DNA of 64,000 bases from a virus (taxonomy: Duplodnaviria; Caudoviricetes): the IMG/VR virus record IMGVR_UViG_3300017569_000126, positions 4,865 through 68,864 of that record. One strand, given 5' to 3'. Below the pieces are notes generated by a model. It saw only the letters and a list, made by a program, of their open reading frames with translations, was not told the DNA's origin and ran no database searches. Positions 26,911 to 36,369 of the stretch are shown here, in pieces. How positions within the stretch are numbered: position 1 is the stretch's first letter; each line of letters begins with the position of its first letter. The translations under genes and the position numbers were made by a program.

Positions 26911-27565
26911 AAAGAAAGTCTACAACGTTCTTGATGTTTCAAAATATCAGGGCAATGTTGACTATGAAAAAGTAAAGGCGAGCGGTAATGTCGATTTTGT
27001 TATTGCGCGTTCCGTTTCAACTTCTAAAGGAGAAAAGTATATTGACCCAAAGTGGGAACGAAATTATTCAGAATGTAAGCGAATGGGGCTTCCTATTGGA
27101 ACATACTTTTATAGTGTTGCAAAAAACTGGGAGGAATTTAGCGGAGAGATTGATTTATGCTTTGAAGCGCTAAATTCTAAAACATTAGAATTGCCTCTCG
27201 CTATGGATATAGAATCCGAAAGTTGTGCTTCTATTGGGAAAGACGGATTGACAGCGATGATTTTGCAGGGCAAATCAAAGATAGAAGACAAGTGCTTTTA
27301 TCCGATGTTGTATTCTGGATTGAATTATTCACAGAATTACATCGACATGAATAAAATTGAAGAAGCTGGACTTGATTTTTGGCTTGCAGCATATCGCAAG
27401 ACAGAACCCGATTTGGAACATACGATGTGGCAATATACATCACAGGGAAGTGTTGAAGGTGTTTCTGGGGATTGCGATTTGAGTTATTGCTATACAAATT
27501 ATCCGCAAATCGTAAGATGGATGACCGCTGTGTATCAAATCAAAAGAATATTTAATGGATTATGA
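26888..27565 (+). CDS. GH25 muramidase (lysozyme), no cell-wall-binding domain
   Basis: LDVSKYQG.VD..KVK, G.YFY, MDIE, W.A.Y, WQYTS.G.V.GV.G.CDL motifs. Confidence 0.9.
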   Translation: MNLIQTNKKKVYNVLDVSKYQGNVDYEKVKASGNVDFVIARSVSTSKGEKYIDPKWERNYSECKRMGLPIGTYFYSVAKNWEEFSGEIDLCFEALNSKTLELPLAMDIESESCASIGKDGLTAMILQGKSKIEDKCFYPMLYSGLNYSQNYIDMNKIEEAGLDFWLAAYRKTEPDLEHTMWQYTSQGSVEGVSGDCDLSYCYTNYPQIVRWMTAVYQIKRIFNGL

Positions 27566-28248
27566 TTATGAATGAGAACGCTTTTCCAAATGAGAATGTT
27601 TTACTAAGTGATGAAATAAAAGGCGAGTTTATAAATCTTTGGATAGCAAATGATTGCTTTCCTTATGTTTTAGGAAATAACGTATTGTTTGATACGGAAT
27701 TATTTCTTCGAGTCATGGAACTAACCGTCAAAAAGGTCAAAGAGGAAGACGAAAGAAATAACTCGTTTCATATACGATATTCTTGGACTTATAGGGGAGA
27801 GATTATTTTTATTTGCGATTCAAAGACAGCGATTCCGAATTATGACTTGCCCACATTGACTGCGTTTGTAACTGTTATATTCAATAGAGTTCTAAGAGAT
27901 GAAGTTACGAGTTATTTTGCTATGTATACAGAGAACTCTGATAAGACACAAAGGTATACAGATTATCAGAATGCAATAAATAGCGATTTGTATTTTGTAG
28001 GAACTGCGGATATTTTAAGTCTAAATGCAATTATAGCAAGAATGGTAAGCGAAGAAAAAGTGTTGTACAATGACACATATAAGTGGCTTGAACAAACGCA
28101 TGATAAAGAATATATAAACAATGTTGAAATCAAAAAACCACAGGTACTTTATGGGACTGGATTTGCTTGTAATTATTTTGCCCACCATGAGGAAAAAAAG
28201 TTTTGGAGTTCTGAATTTGAAAAGTATCTGAAAGGAAGTTTACAATGA
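27562..28248 (+). CDS. hypothetical protein
   Basis: ORF, tiling. Confidence 0.7.
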   Translation: MIMNENAFPNENVLLSDEIKGEFINLWIANDCFPYVLGNNVLFDTELFLRVMELTVKKVKEEDERNNSFHIRYSWTYRGEIIFICDSKTAIPNYDLPTLTAFVTVIFNRVLRDEVTSYFAMYTENSDKTQRYTDYQNAINSDLYFVGTADILSLNAIIARMVSEEKVLYNDTYKWLEQTHDKEYINNVEIKKPQVLYGTGFACNYFAHHEEKKFWSSEFEKYLKGSLQ

Positions 28249-28790
28249 GATTTTTCGCGGAGTTCGATGGAGATAAAAAGGTTTATGAGAAAGCCATAAT
28301 AAGGGATATGCCAATAATAAACAATGCGATAGCGAATACGACGAAGGAGTTGGCGAGAGAAAACCGTTTTGTATGGGGTATGGGTACAAGTATATATGTG
28401 TATTCTAATAACCCACATTTTGGGTGCTATCGCTATGACGATTTGCTAAACTACACAAGTCGTGTTACATTGTGGTTTAATAAGTGGTTGAATTTTCTAT
28501 CACGCAAGAACGATATTTGCGATTGTGTCATAAGAAATGTTGGCTTTACTTTTAGAGCGGATATGATGGACGAATCAAAAGATATTCCTTTTGAAAGAAG
28601 GGCAAAATTTATAATCGCATCACAGGCTTCTGAGAGCGCCTTTTATAAGGAAAACAAACCTTTATTTAGAACAGATTACCCTAAATATCAATCCTCAACC
28701 GTGAATGGGAATTTGTATTTGGATGGAAAAATGTGTATGTGCCCAATTTTTGATGAACAAAGTCTCAAAAATTTTATGGAACCCGCTTGA
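28245..28790 (+). CDS. hypothetical protein
   Basis: ORF, tiling. Confidence 0.7.
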   Translation: MRFFAEFDGDKKVYEKAIIRDMPIINNAIANTTKELARENRFVWGMGTSIYVYSNNPHFGCYRYDDLLNYTSRVTLWFNKWLNFLSRKNDICDCVIRNVGFTFRADMMDESKDIPFERRAKFIIASQASESAFYKENKPLFRTDYPKYQSSTVNGNLYLDGKMCMCPIFDEQSLKNFMEPA

Positions 28791-28869
28791 CATTTTGGGA
28801 GACAAATGGTATACTATAAACACGATAAGCATTTTAATAATATAAAAGTATAATTTAAGGAGTAAAGTT

Positions 28870-29253
28870 ATGAAAATCGTTAGTTATCCCGACCACCGTT
28901 GTACGGTAGCTATTGGCAGCTTTAGCACAAAGTCTTTTTGCGGTGATACCGATTTGATGTATTCTCGAAAGATTAAGGCTTCGACTGTTTGTCATCCTGA
29001 TGACACTTACGATGAAAAGCTTGGCGTTGAAATTGCAAAGCGCAAGTATGCAATTAAGGAACGCAGAGTAAAGCGTGATTACCATGAGTCTCAGATGAGG
29101 GAATATATGGCAAAAGCAGAGCGTTATAAGCATCTCGTTGAAGAAGAAAAGAAGATTATTTCCAATCATGATGTAAAGATTGCTGAAATGCAGAGCAACT
29201 TGGAAAAATTTATTGGTGACAGCCTCTGCTGTTCTGACCCAAGCCAGAGCTAA
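28870..29253 (+). CDS. hypothetical phage protein
   Basis: AAGGAG RBS; C.P.D.YDEK.G.EIA pattern; promoter near 28788. Confidence 0.7.
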   Translation: MKIVSYPDHRCTVAIGSFSTKSFCGDTDLMYSRKIKASTVCHPDDTYDEKLGVEIAKRKYAIKERRVKRDYHESQMREYMAKAERYKHLVEEEKKIISNHDVKIAEMQSNLEKFIGDSLCCSDPSQS

Positions 29254-29258
29254 AAGCG

Positions 29259-29967
29259 ATGGGCAAGAGAGTTCCTGCGGAAGAACGGATAGGAGAACAA
29301 TCTGTAAGCAACAAATGATATTGACGTTAAGTTTGAAAATGGAAATGTCAGGCACGGTGTTTCCTATGAGGCATTTCAGAAAGGCGAAGTTCAAGATTTG
29401 TATTTTAGAAGCCCCAGACATGGTGGATATATGGGTGAAGGAGAGTTCACAAAACGAAACGGCCCGTATTCGGTCTGGAATGGGATGATGGAAAGGTGCT
29501 ATTTTCCAAAAGAAAGTGAGACACTTGCTTATGCAGGATGTGTTGTTTGCGAGGAGTGGCATTGTTATCAGAACTTTGCCAAGTGGTATTCTGAAAATTA
29601 CTATACTGTTGAAAATGAGCCGATGAACATAGATAAAGATTTGCTGGTTCATGGAAACAGGGAATATTCACCAGAAAAATGTTTGATAGTGCCGCAAATG
29701 ATAAATTCTTTTATTATAAAGCCAACACACAGAAAACAGGATGTTCCAATAGGAGTTGTAAAAAGAAAATATTCTTATGAAGCAAAGCTTAGATGGTATG
29801 GGGAGTATGTCTATATAGGAAACTATGACACACCAGATAAAGCGTTTGCTGCTTATAAGCAGGAAAAAGAAAACAGGATAAAAATGCTTGCAGACATATA
29901 TAGAGATAAGATACCTAATAAGGTATATGAAGCGCTTATAAATTATAGAGTTTCGATAACTGATTAA
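29259..29967 (+). pseudogene. HNH-like plus AP2 free-standing homing endonuclease, apparently frameshifted near the 5' end (intact frame 29398..29967)
   Basis: W..MMERCY, Y.GC.VCEEW..YQNF..W, IDKD.L..GN..YSPE.C, GV..R..Y.A, IG.YDT...AF.AYK..KE; ATG 29259 frame stops after 19 codons while plausible coding continues in another frame. Confidence 0.6.
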
Positions 29968-29978
29968 GGAGTGATTAC

Positions 29979-30947
29979 ATGGCTTTCCAAAAAGCTGTTA
30001 GAGAAAAATTGTGGGCCAAGGTTTTACTTGCAGGGCCAAGTGGGAGCGGTAAGACTTATTCGGCCTTGCGACTTGCAAAAGGTCTAAGCCAAAAAACTGG
30101 TGGAGCTGGCGTGGCATATATTGATACCGAAGCTGGACGTGCAAATTATTATGCAGACCAGTTCGATTTTGACACAATGATTTTGCAGGAGCCTTATACA
30201 CCAGAAAAGTATATTGATGCGATTGATGAAGCTGTTGCTGCTGGGTACAAAGTTGTCTGTATAGACAGTCTGACACATGAATGGTTGTTTTTGAATGAAA
30301 CTCATAGTAAAATGCCCGGGAACAGCTTTCAAACGTGGGGGCCGCTAAAGGCACGTCATAAGCTACTAATGGAAAAAATCTTGCAAGCTCCGATTCACAT
30401 TATTGCAACTGCTCGTGGCAAGGATGCTTATGTGCTTGAAACGAACGAAAAGGGTAAACAAACGCCCAAAAAAGTCGGTGAGGGAATCGACGGAGACAAG
30501 CAACTTGAATATAATTATACTTGTACTTTCCAGCTTTCTCAAGATACCCATGTGGCAAGCGTGACAAAAGATAACACTCATATCTTTGAAGGAAGATTTG
30601 ATAAGCTGACAGAAAATGATGGTGTTCTTCTTTACAACTGGTGTAATAGCGGAGCAACGCCCAAGCCTCGAATGACTACCGTGGACGAGAATAAGGCTTC
30701 CACTTCCAACCTCACCCCAGAAGCGCCAATCGAGCTTAGTTATCCAAGCGAACTTCCTGATGCTATCGCAAATATTGGGAGACTTGCAAAGCAGCTCGCG
30801 GCTAATGGCGTAACAAGAAATGAGATTTCAAGCGCGATTTCTAAGTTTAACATTGTGGATGGAAAGCCAAGCGCAAATTATAACGCAATTACTGAAATTG
30901 ATGTAGCAAGGAATGTTCTCGATGCGCTTTCGAGCATTTCAAAGTAA
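29979..30947 (+). CDS. AAA_24-type phage ATPase (Sak4-like recombination protein)
   Basis: LAGPSGSGKT, YIDTEAG, CIDSLTHEW, IIATARGK motifs; next to ssb. Confidence 0.8.
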   Translation: MAFQKAVREKLWAKVLLAGPSGSGKTYSALRLAKGLSQKTGGAGVAYIDTEAGRANYYADQFDFDTMILQEPYTPEKYIDAIDEAVAAGYKVVCIDSLTHEWLFLNETHSKMPGNSFQTWGPLKARHKLLMEKILQAPIHIIATARGKDAYVLETNEKGKQTPKKVGEGIDGDKQLEYNYTCTFQLSQDTHVASVTKDNTHIFEGRFDKLTENDGVLLYNWCNSGATPKPRMTTVDENKASTSNLTPEAPIELSYPSELPDAIANIGRLAKQLAANGVTRNEISSAISKFNIVDGKPSANYNAITEIDVARNVLDALSSISK

Positions 30948-30968
30948 ATAAATAGGAGAAAATAATAT

Positions 30969-31424
30969 ATGAATAGTAATAATACTGTTATAGTAATGGG
31001 GCGTTTGGTTCGCGACCCCGAAATCACTACCGCAAATACTGGTATGTCGATTATGAATTTTAGTATCGCGCAAAATCGCGCCAAGAAAGATGCAAGCGGA
31101 GCGGACGTGACTGATTACTTCCGCTGTGTGGCGTTTGGAAAGACGGCAGAGCATATCGCGAAGTGGTTTCATAAGGGCGAGCGTATTCTTGTTGGAGGCC
31201 ATTTGCAAATGTCAACATATAATGACGCGAAGAATCCAAACGCAGATGGAACGCCTCGACGTGTTGAACGGACTGAAATTATTGTTGATAATGTAAATTT
31301 CGTTGAGCCATCTAACAAGAGCGGAACGGCTACTTCGGCAGCTACTCCTAATGTATCGGCTCCTTCGTATAGCCGTAACACAAACTACACGCCTGTGGAC
31401 GATGCGTCAGATTTGCCGTTCTAA
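30969..31424 (+). CDS. ssb: single-stranded DNA-binding protein
   Basis: GRLVRDPE, DYFRCVAFGKTAE, KG.RI.V.G.LQ, C-terminal DLPF. Confidence 0.95.
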   Translation: MNSNNTVIVMGRLVRDPEITTANTGMSIMNFSIAQNRAKKDASGADVTDYFRCVAFGKTAEHIAKWFHKGERILVGGHLQMSTYNDAKNPNADGTPRRVERTEIIVDNVNFVEPSNKSGTATSAATPNVSAPSYSRNTNYTPVDDASDLPF

Positions 31425-31623
31425 ATAATATATAACACCTCAAAACAACATTGATGTATTTCATGCGCCGACACTCTTATACTCATACTCCTATCGGTGC
31501 ATGATTTATAAAAATAAAAGTCAGTGCGTTTGCACTGGCCAACTAATATTCTAAAATAAAAAAGCTGGATGGGGTGGGGTGAAAGCCCCACCTTGTTTTC
31601 ATATAAAGAGGTGAGATAATGAA

Positions 31624-32400
31624 GTGAATAGCTATTCTTATAGCAGATTAAAAGCATTTAAGCAGTGTCCTTATTGCTATTGGTTGCATTATCTAAATCG
31701 TTCGATGAAAGATAAAGAACAAGGGCATGGGGTAAGCGAATTTGGAACCTTATGCCATGAAGTTCTTGAAAAATATGGTCGTGGAGAACTTGCAGAATGG
31801 GAATTACTTGATGAATACAAAGAACTATATCCGCAAATAGTAGTTGATGATTCTGTACTTTGGATGAGTGAAGATTTTACAAAAGATATGGGGCCGAAAT
31901 ACTATGAGGACGGAGAAAAGTTTTTTACTGGATTTGGCGGCTTTGATTTCAACTTCGTCGAAGTAGAATTGCCATTTGAAGTACAATACCATGATTTTTT
32001 GTTAAACGGAAGAATAGACTGCATAGCAGAAGATTATAATGAGAAAAAGTTGCTCATTGATTACAAGTCAAAGGGAAATTGGAAAAATAAAGCCGAAAGA
32101 CTTGAATATGAAAAACAATTATATATATATGCTTATGCTCTAAAGAAGATACACGGATACTACCCTGATAAAATGGCGTTTTTTCATTTTAGAACAAATA
32201 AATGGACATGGACGAATTTTGATGAAGTGAAGTTGGATTTAACTTTGAAATGGGCTGAAAAAACCGTTAAAGAAATAGAAGCGGCCAAAACCTATCCTGC
32301 GATTGTAAAAACCAATGAAGGTAAATTTGATTTTTATTGCTGGAATTTTTGTCCATATAGGGATTGCTGTAAATACAAAATGGAAATGCAAGGAGCGTAA
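31624..32400 (+). CDS. PD-(D/E)XK RecB-like nuclease
   Basis: SYSRL..FKQCPY, GRID, IDYKS, QL.IY, CWNFCPY..CC. Confidence 0.85.
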   Translation: MNSYSYSRLKAFKQCPYCYWLHYLNRSMKDKEQGHGVSEFGTLCHEVLEKYGRGELAEWELLDEYKELYPQIVVDDSVLWMSEDFTKDMGPKYYEDGEKFFTGFGGFDFNFVEVELPFEVQYHDFLLNGRIDCIAEDYNEKKLLIDYKSKGNWKNKAERLEYEKQLYIYAYALKKIHGYYPDKMAFFHFRTNKWTWTNFDEVKLDLTLKWAEKTVKEIEAAKTYPAIVKTNEGKFDFYCWNFCPYRDCCKYKMEMQGA

Positions 32401-32402
32401 TT

Positions 32403-32621
32403 ATGAAAATTTACACTATGTGTTATAGATGTCGTAAAATGATTACGATTGACAACGATTGTAAAATAGATGTTATAGTTCCAGGAAGAACTAAAGGGCT
32501 GAATCTCGAAGATATAGAACTTGACGATGAAATTGTGCTATGCCCTAATTGCAAGTTACAATTTGAGAAATGGCTTGATTTAAGAGGCGATAGTTGTGTA
32601 AGCGATAAGGTTTGTGATTAA
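32403..32621 (+). CDS. small zinc-binding protein
   Basis: CYRC...LCPNC. Confidence 0.6.
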   Translation: MKIYTMCYRCRKMITIDNDCKIDVIVPGRTKGLNLEDIELDDEIVLCPNCKLQFEKWLDLRGDSCVSDKVCD

Positions 32622-32638
32622 ATAAAAAGGGGGATTAT

Positions 32639-34633
32639 ATGTCCGACCTTTACGAAAAGATAAAAGAAGCCAAAGAAGCTCTTGGTAACAAACAAGCTGA
32701 GATAATTGCGGAAGGACACCCCTTAGAAGCATGGGATGAGTCCAAAGGCTCTGCTAAAAGTATATTTAATCCCAACGACAATACTCCATCCATGATGTGG
32801 AACAAAAAAGAGTATTATTTCAAAGATTTTTCAACGGGAAAGACCTATGGAATAATAGATTTTTATATGCAAAAGTATGGAGACACGTTTACTAAGGCTG
32901 CTAAAAGACTATTTCAAGAGGCTAACATTGAGTATTCGTCTGACCTGTTGGATTTCTCTCAAACACAAGAGAATAAGGACTTTTTTAGAAATTATAGATA
33001 CCCGCGAGAAGAACCACAGGCGAATGATGCTGTAATCGAATATATGGCTAAACGTGGAATATCAGAGGAAACGTGTAGATATGTTGGGTTGGGCGTTGGA
33101 TATAATAATGCTGTTGCTTATCAGTTTAGAAATCATGACGGAAAGATTGTCCAAGTAAAATATAGACCATCTCATGCAATTAGAAAAGGAGAATCAAAAT
33201 ATTATTATCAAAGAGATGCCGATAGTTGCCCTATTCTTTTTAACATCGACAAAATTGATATAACAAAAACTCTTTGTATTTGCGAGGGAATGAATGACGC
33301 GATGGCAATTATAGAGGCTGGGTTTGTCAATGTTGTCAGTATTCCAAGTGGAGCAGAAGATGATAATTGGATAAATTTCAATTATGAATTTTTAGACCAA
33401 TTTGAAGATATTGTACTATGGTATGACAATGACAACGCTGGTGAAATCGGCATAAAGAAAGTAATCCCTCGTTTGGGGGAATATCGCGTTAGAATTGCAA
33501 AACCAACAGAAGAAGACGAAGCTGCCGTTGAAAAATATTATAAGGATATTACTAAAAAAGACAATCTAAGTATTAGGAAAACGGATGCCAATAATGTGCT
33601 TCTCGGTTGTGGTAAGGCAAGAGTTTTGGCGATTATCAATCAGGCAGAAGAAGTACCGTTGGAATCCGTTGTAGACCTTATGGATGCGGAGCCATTTGAT
33701 ATAAGTACAGTAAACTATATTCCGAGCGGAATATCATCTCTTGACAGAGAGATATATGGTTATATAAATGGCACTTTTTCGATTTTTACAGCATATGCAG
33801 GATGTGGGAAAACGACACTTTTATCGCAATCGTGTGTCTTGGAGACAATAGATAAGGGAGAACCAGTATTTTGGTACAACGCTGAAAGCAGCACTGCAAG
33901 TATGCTTTCTTGGATTTTACAACAGGCTGCTTCAAGAAAACACTGCGTCGAGTATACTAATGCCAACGGGTTCAAGTATTATAAGCCAACGCCACAAGCA
34001 ACAGAAGCTATAAAAAAGTATTATGCCAAGAAAATATACGTTTATGATAATTTGTTGCTTAGTAGTCCAGACCAAGTTCTTGAAAAGATGAAATCAATTT
34101 ATAGAAAAAGAGGCGTAAAAGTTTTCATTCTTGATAATTGGATGTGTCTAAACTTTAGGGGCGTTTCTGAAACTGATATAGCTGGCGTACAAGTTGAGTT
34201 TCTAAATAAATTGATACATTTTACAAAACAGAATGGGATGATTGTTTCCCTTGTGGCCCACCCTAAAAAGCCTTCAATACAAGAGCCATTAAATATGTAT
34301 AGTCTTCTTGGGTCAAGTAACATCACAAACCTTGCGGATAGAATATACGGACTTGAAAAGATAATATCGCCAGAACTAAGAGACCAAGGATACGATAGGC
34401 AACTGACTGTATTCAAAGATAGAGTTCTTGGAGTTCAGGGCGCAAAAGTTGGTTTAAGATATGATAGAGTGACAAGAAGGTTATATTCCGATTCTGATGA
34501 TAGAGATAAATCTTATTCATGGGATGATGGCTCGATAAAGTATAGCAGTCCGAATTTTGGCTCAAACGGTATTCTTGTCGGAGATAGAATCTTGGATTTT
34601 GATAAAAAAAATGAGAACGACGTACCATATTAA
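32639..34633 (+). CDS. primase-helicase (TOPRIM plus SF4 helicase, T7 gp4/Twinkle-like)
   Basis: ICEGMNDA, SIPSGA, WYDND.AG, TDAN; AYAGCGKTT, ILDN, LVAHPKK, GSSNI..LAD. Confidence 0.9.
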   Translation: MSDLYEKIKEAKEALGNKQAEIIAEGHPLEAWDESKGSAKSIFNPNDNTPSMMWNKKEYYFKDFSTGKTYGIIDFYMQKYGDTFTKAAKRLFQEANIEYSSDLLDFSQTQENKDFFRNYRYPREEPQANDAVIEYMAKRGISEETCRYVGLGVGYNNAVAYQFRNHDGKIVQVKYRPSHAIRKGESKYYYQRDADSCPILFNIDKIDITKTLCICEGMNDAMAIIEAGFVNVVSIPSGAEDDNWINFNYEFLDQFEDIVLWYDNDNAGEIGIKKVIPRLGEYRVRIAKPTEEDEAAVEKYYKDITKKDNLSIRKTDANNVLLGCGKARVLAIINQAEEVPLESVVDLMDAEPFDISTVNYIPSGISSLDREIYGYINGTFSIFTAYAGCGKTTLLSQSCVLETIDKGEPVFWYNAESSTASMLSWILQQAASRKHCVEYTNANGFKYYKPTPQATEAIKKYYAKKIYVYDNLLLSSPDQVLEKMKSIYRKRGVKVFILDNWMCLNFRGVSETDIAGVQVEFLNKLIHFTKQNGMIVSLVAHPKKPSIQEPLNMYSLLGSSNITNLADRIYGLEKIISPELRDQGYDRQLTVFKDRVLGVQGAKVGLRYDRVTRRLYSDSDDRDKSYSWDDGSIKYSSPNFGSNGILVGDRILDFDKKNENDVPY

Positions 34634-34670
34634 ACGGGCTTTGCCCGTGTACATAAAAAGGAGGTAAAGT

Positions 34671-36369
34671 ATGATGAATTATGTGCAAACTCATATTCAT
34701 TCTGATATTTCATTATTAGATTCATGTACGAAGTTTCAAGATTATGTACAACGCGCTGTGGAGTTGGGGCAAACAGCTATTGCAAGTACAGAACATGGTG
34801 TGATTTATAATTGGGTAGAAAAAAAGAACGTTTGCAATGCTGCGGGATTAAAGTACATTCATGGAGTGGAATGTTATTTAACTGAAAAACTAAAACATAC
34901 GAGGTTGGATGGCTCTACTTTTAAGATTAGGGACAATTACCATACAATTCTCTTGGCAAAAAATCAAGGGGGAATAAAAGAATTAAATTCTATTGTATCT
35001 AAATCCTCTTTAGACTCGCACTTTTATTATAAACCGCGAATTAGTTTTGATGAGTTTTTGCAGTTATCCGACAATATAATTACTACATCTGCGTGTTTAG
35101 CATCAAGTATTAACCTTGATAATTTTAATAAAACGGGGCAAGAAATACTTGAGCAATGTGGTGAAAATGCTTATAGAGAACATCTTGCATGGTATGAAAA
35201 GCTGTGCCAAAGATATGATTTTTTTGAGGTTCAGCCACATTATATGAGCCAAGAACAAGCGGCTTTTAATGAATATTTGCTTTCACTTGCAAAAAAATAT
35301 CAAAAGCCAATTATTTGTGGTTGTGATGTACACAGTATCAATAATTATAAGGCTGAGTGCCGCAAAATATTCAAAGAGTATAAAAAAATTGAATATTTAT
35401 CAGAAGATGATTTCGATTTAACATATCATAGTTATGATGAAATTTATGATATGTTCAAACGACAAAACGTGTTGTCGGACGCACAAATTGAAGAAGCGTT
35501 GCATAACACATTGGTTGTTGCAGATTCCGTTAATGACCCCGACCTTGACAGAACAACAAAATATCCAGACATGGGCGATGGAGCAGAGGATAAATTCGTT
35601 AATCGTGTTTGGTCTATGTTTAATAAAAAAATAGACGACGGCGTTATTCCAACATCGCAAAAAGCGGCTTTTGAAACAAAGCTTGATGAAGAAATTCGTG
35701 TGTTTAAGAAAGTAAATATGTGTACTTTTATGCTATCAATGTCGGAAATTATTGGGTGGTGCAAAGCCAACGGAATTGCAGTTGGGCCAAGTCGAGGAAG
35801 TTGCGGAGGCTCTTGCGTGGCGTATGTTACTGACATAACGGACTTGAATCCCGTCCGATGGAACACTGTGTTTTCACGCTTTTGCAATGAAAACAGGGTC
35901 GAAATTGGAGACATTGATGTTGATATTTACGAAGATGATAGGCCGATTGTATATCAACATATAATTGATACATTTGGCAAAGAGAAAACGGCTTATGTTC
36001 TTGCCCTTGGCACAATAGCAGAAAAAGGAACCATTGATGTTATTGGTGGAGCATTGGCAAAAAGATGGGAGAAAGACCATCCAGATGACGAGCAAAATCC
36101 ATATTCTTTAAGTATTATTGCTAAAATAAAAAAGGAATATGATAACAACCCTAAAGGCTGCAAAGAAAAATATCCTGATATTTTTTATTATTTTGAAGGG
36201 TTGGTTGGGACGTACCAGTCGCAATCTATGCACCCCGCTGGCATGATAATTTCCCCTGTTACTTTAGCTGATAATTATGGCACTTTTGTAAAAGACGATA
36301 TGCAAATACTTTGTCTTGATATGGACAATTCGCATGATGTTGGATTGGCAAAATATGATATTCTTGGGT
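34671..36369 (+). CDS. dnaE: DNA polymerase III alpha subunit, exon 1
   Basis: PHP motifs HIHS..S.LD, TEHG, HGVE.Y; GPSRGS.GGS; GDIDVD; SMHPAG; ends KYDILG at the intron boundary. Confidence 0.92.

Noticed and set aside
31624-32400. Cas4 / CRISPR adaptation gene
   Set aside because: The motifs fit a generic RecB-like PD-(D/E)XK nuclease in a recombination-replication operon; no array or other cas genes.
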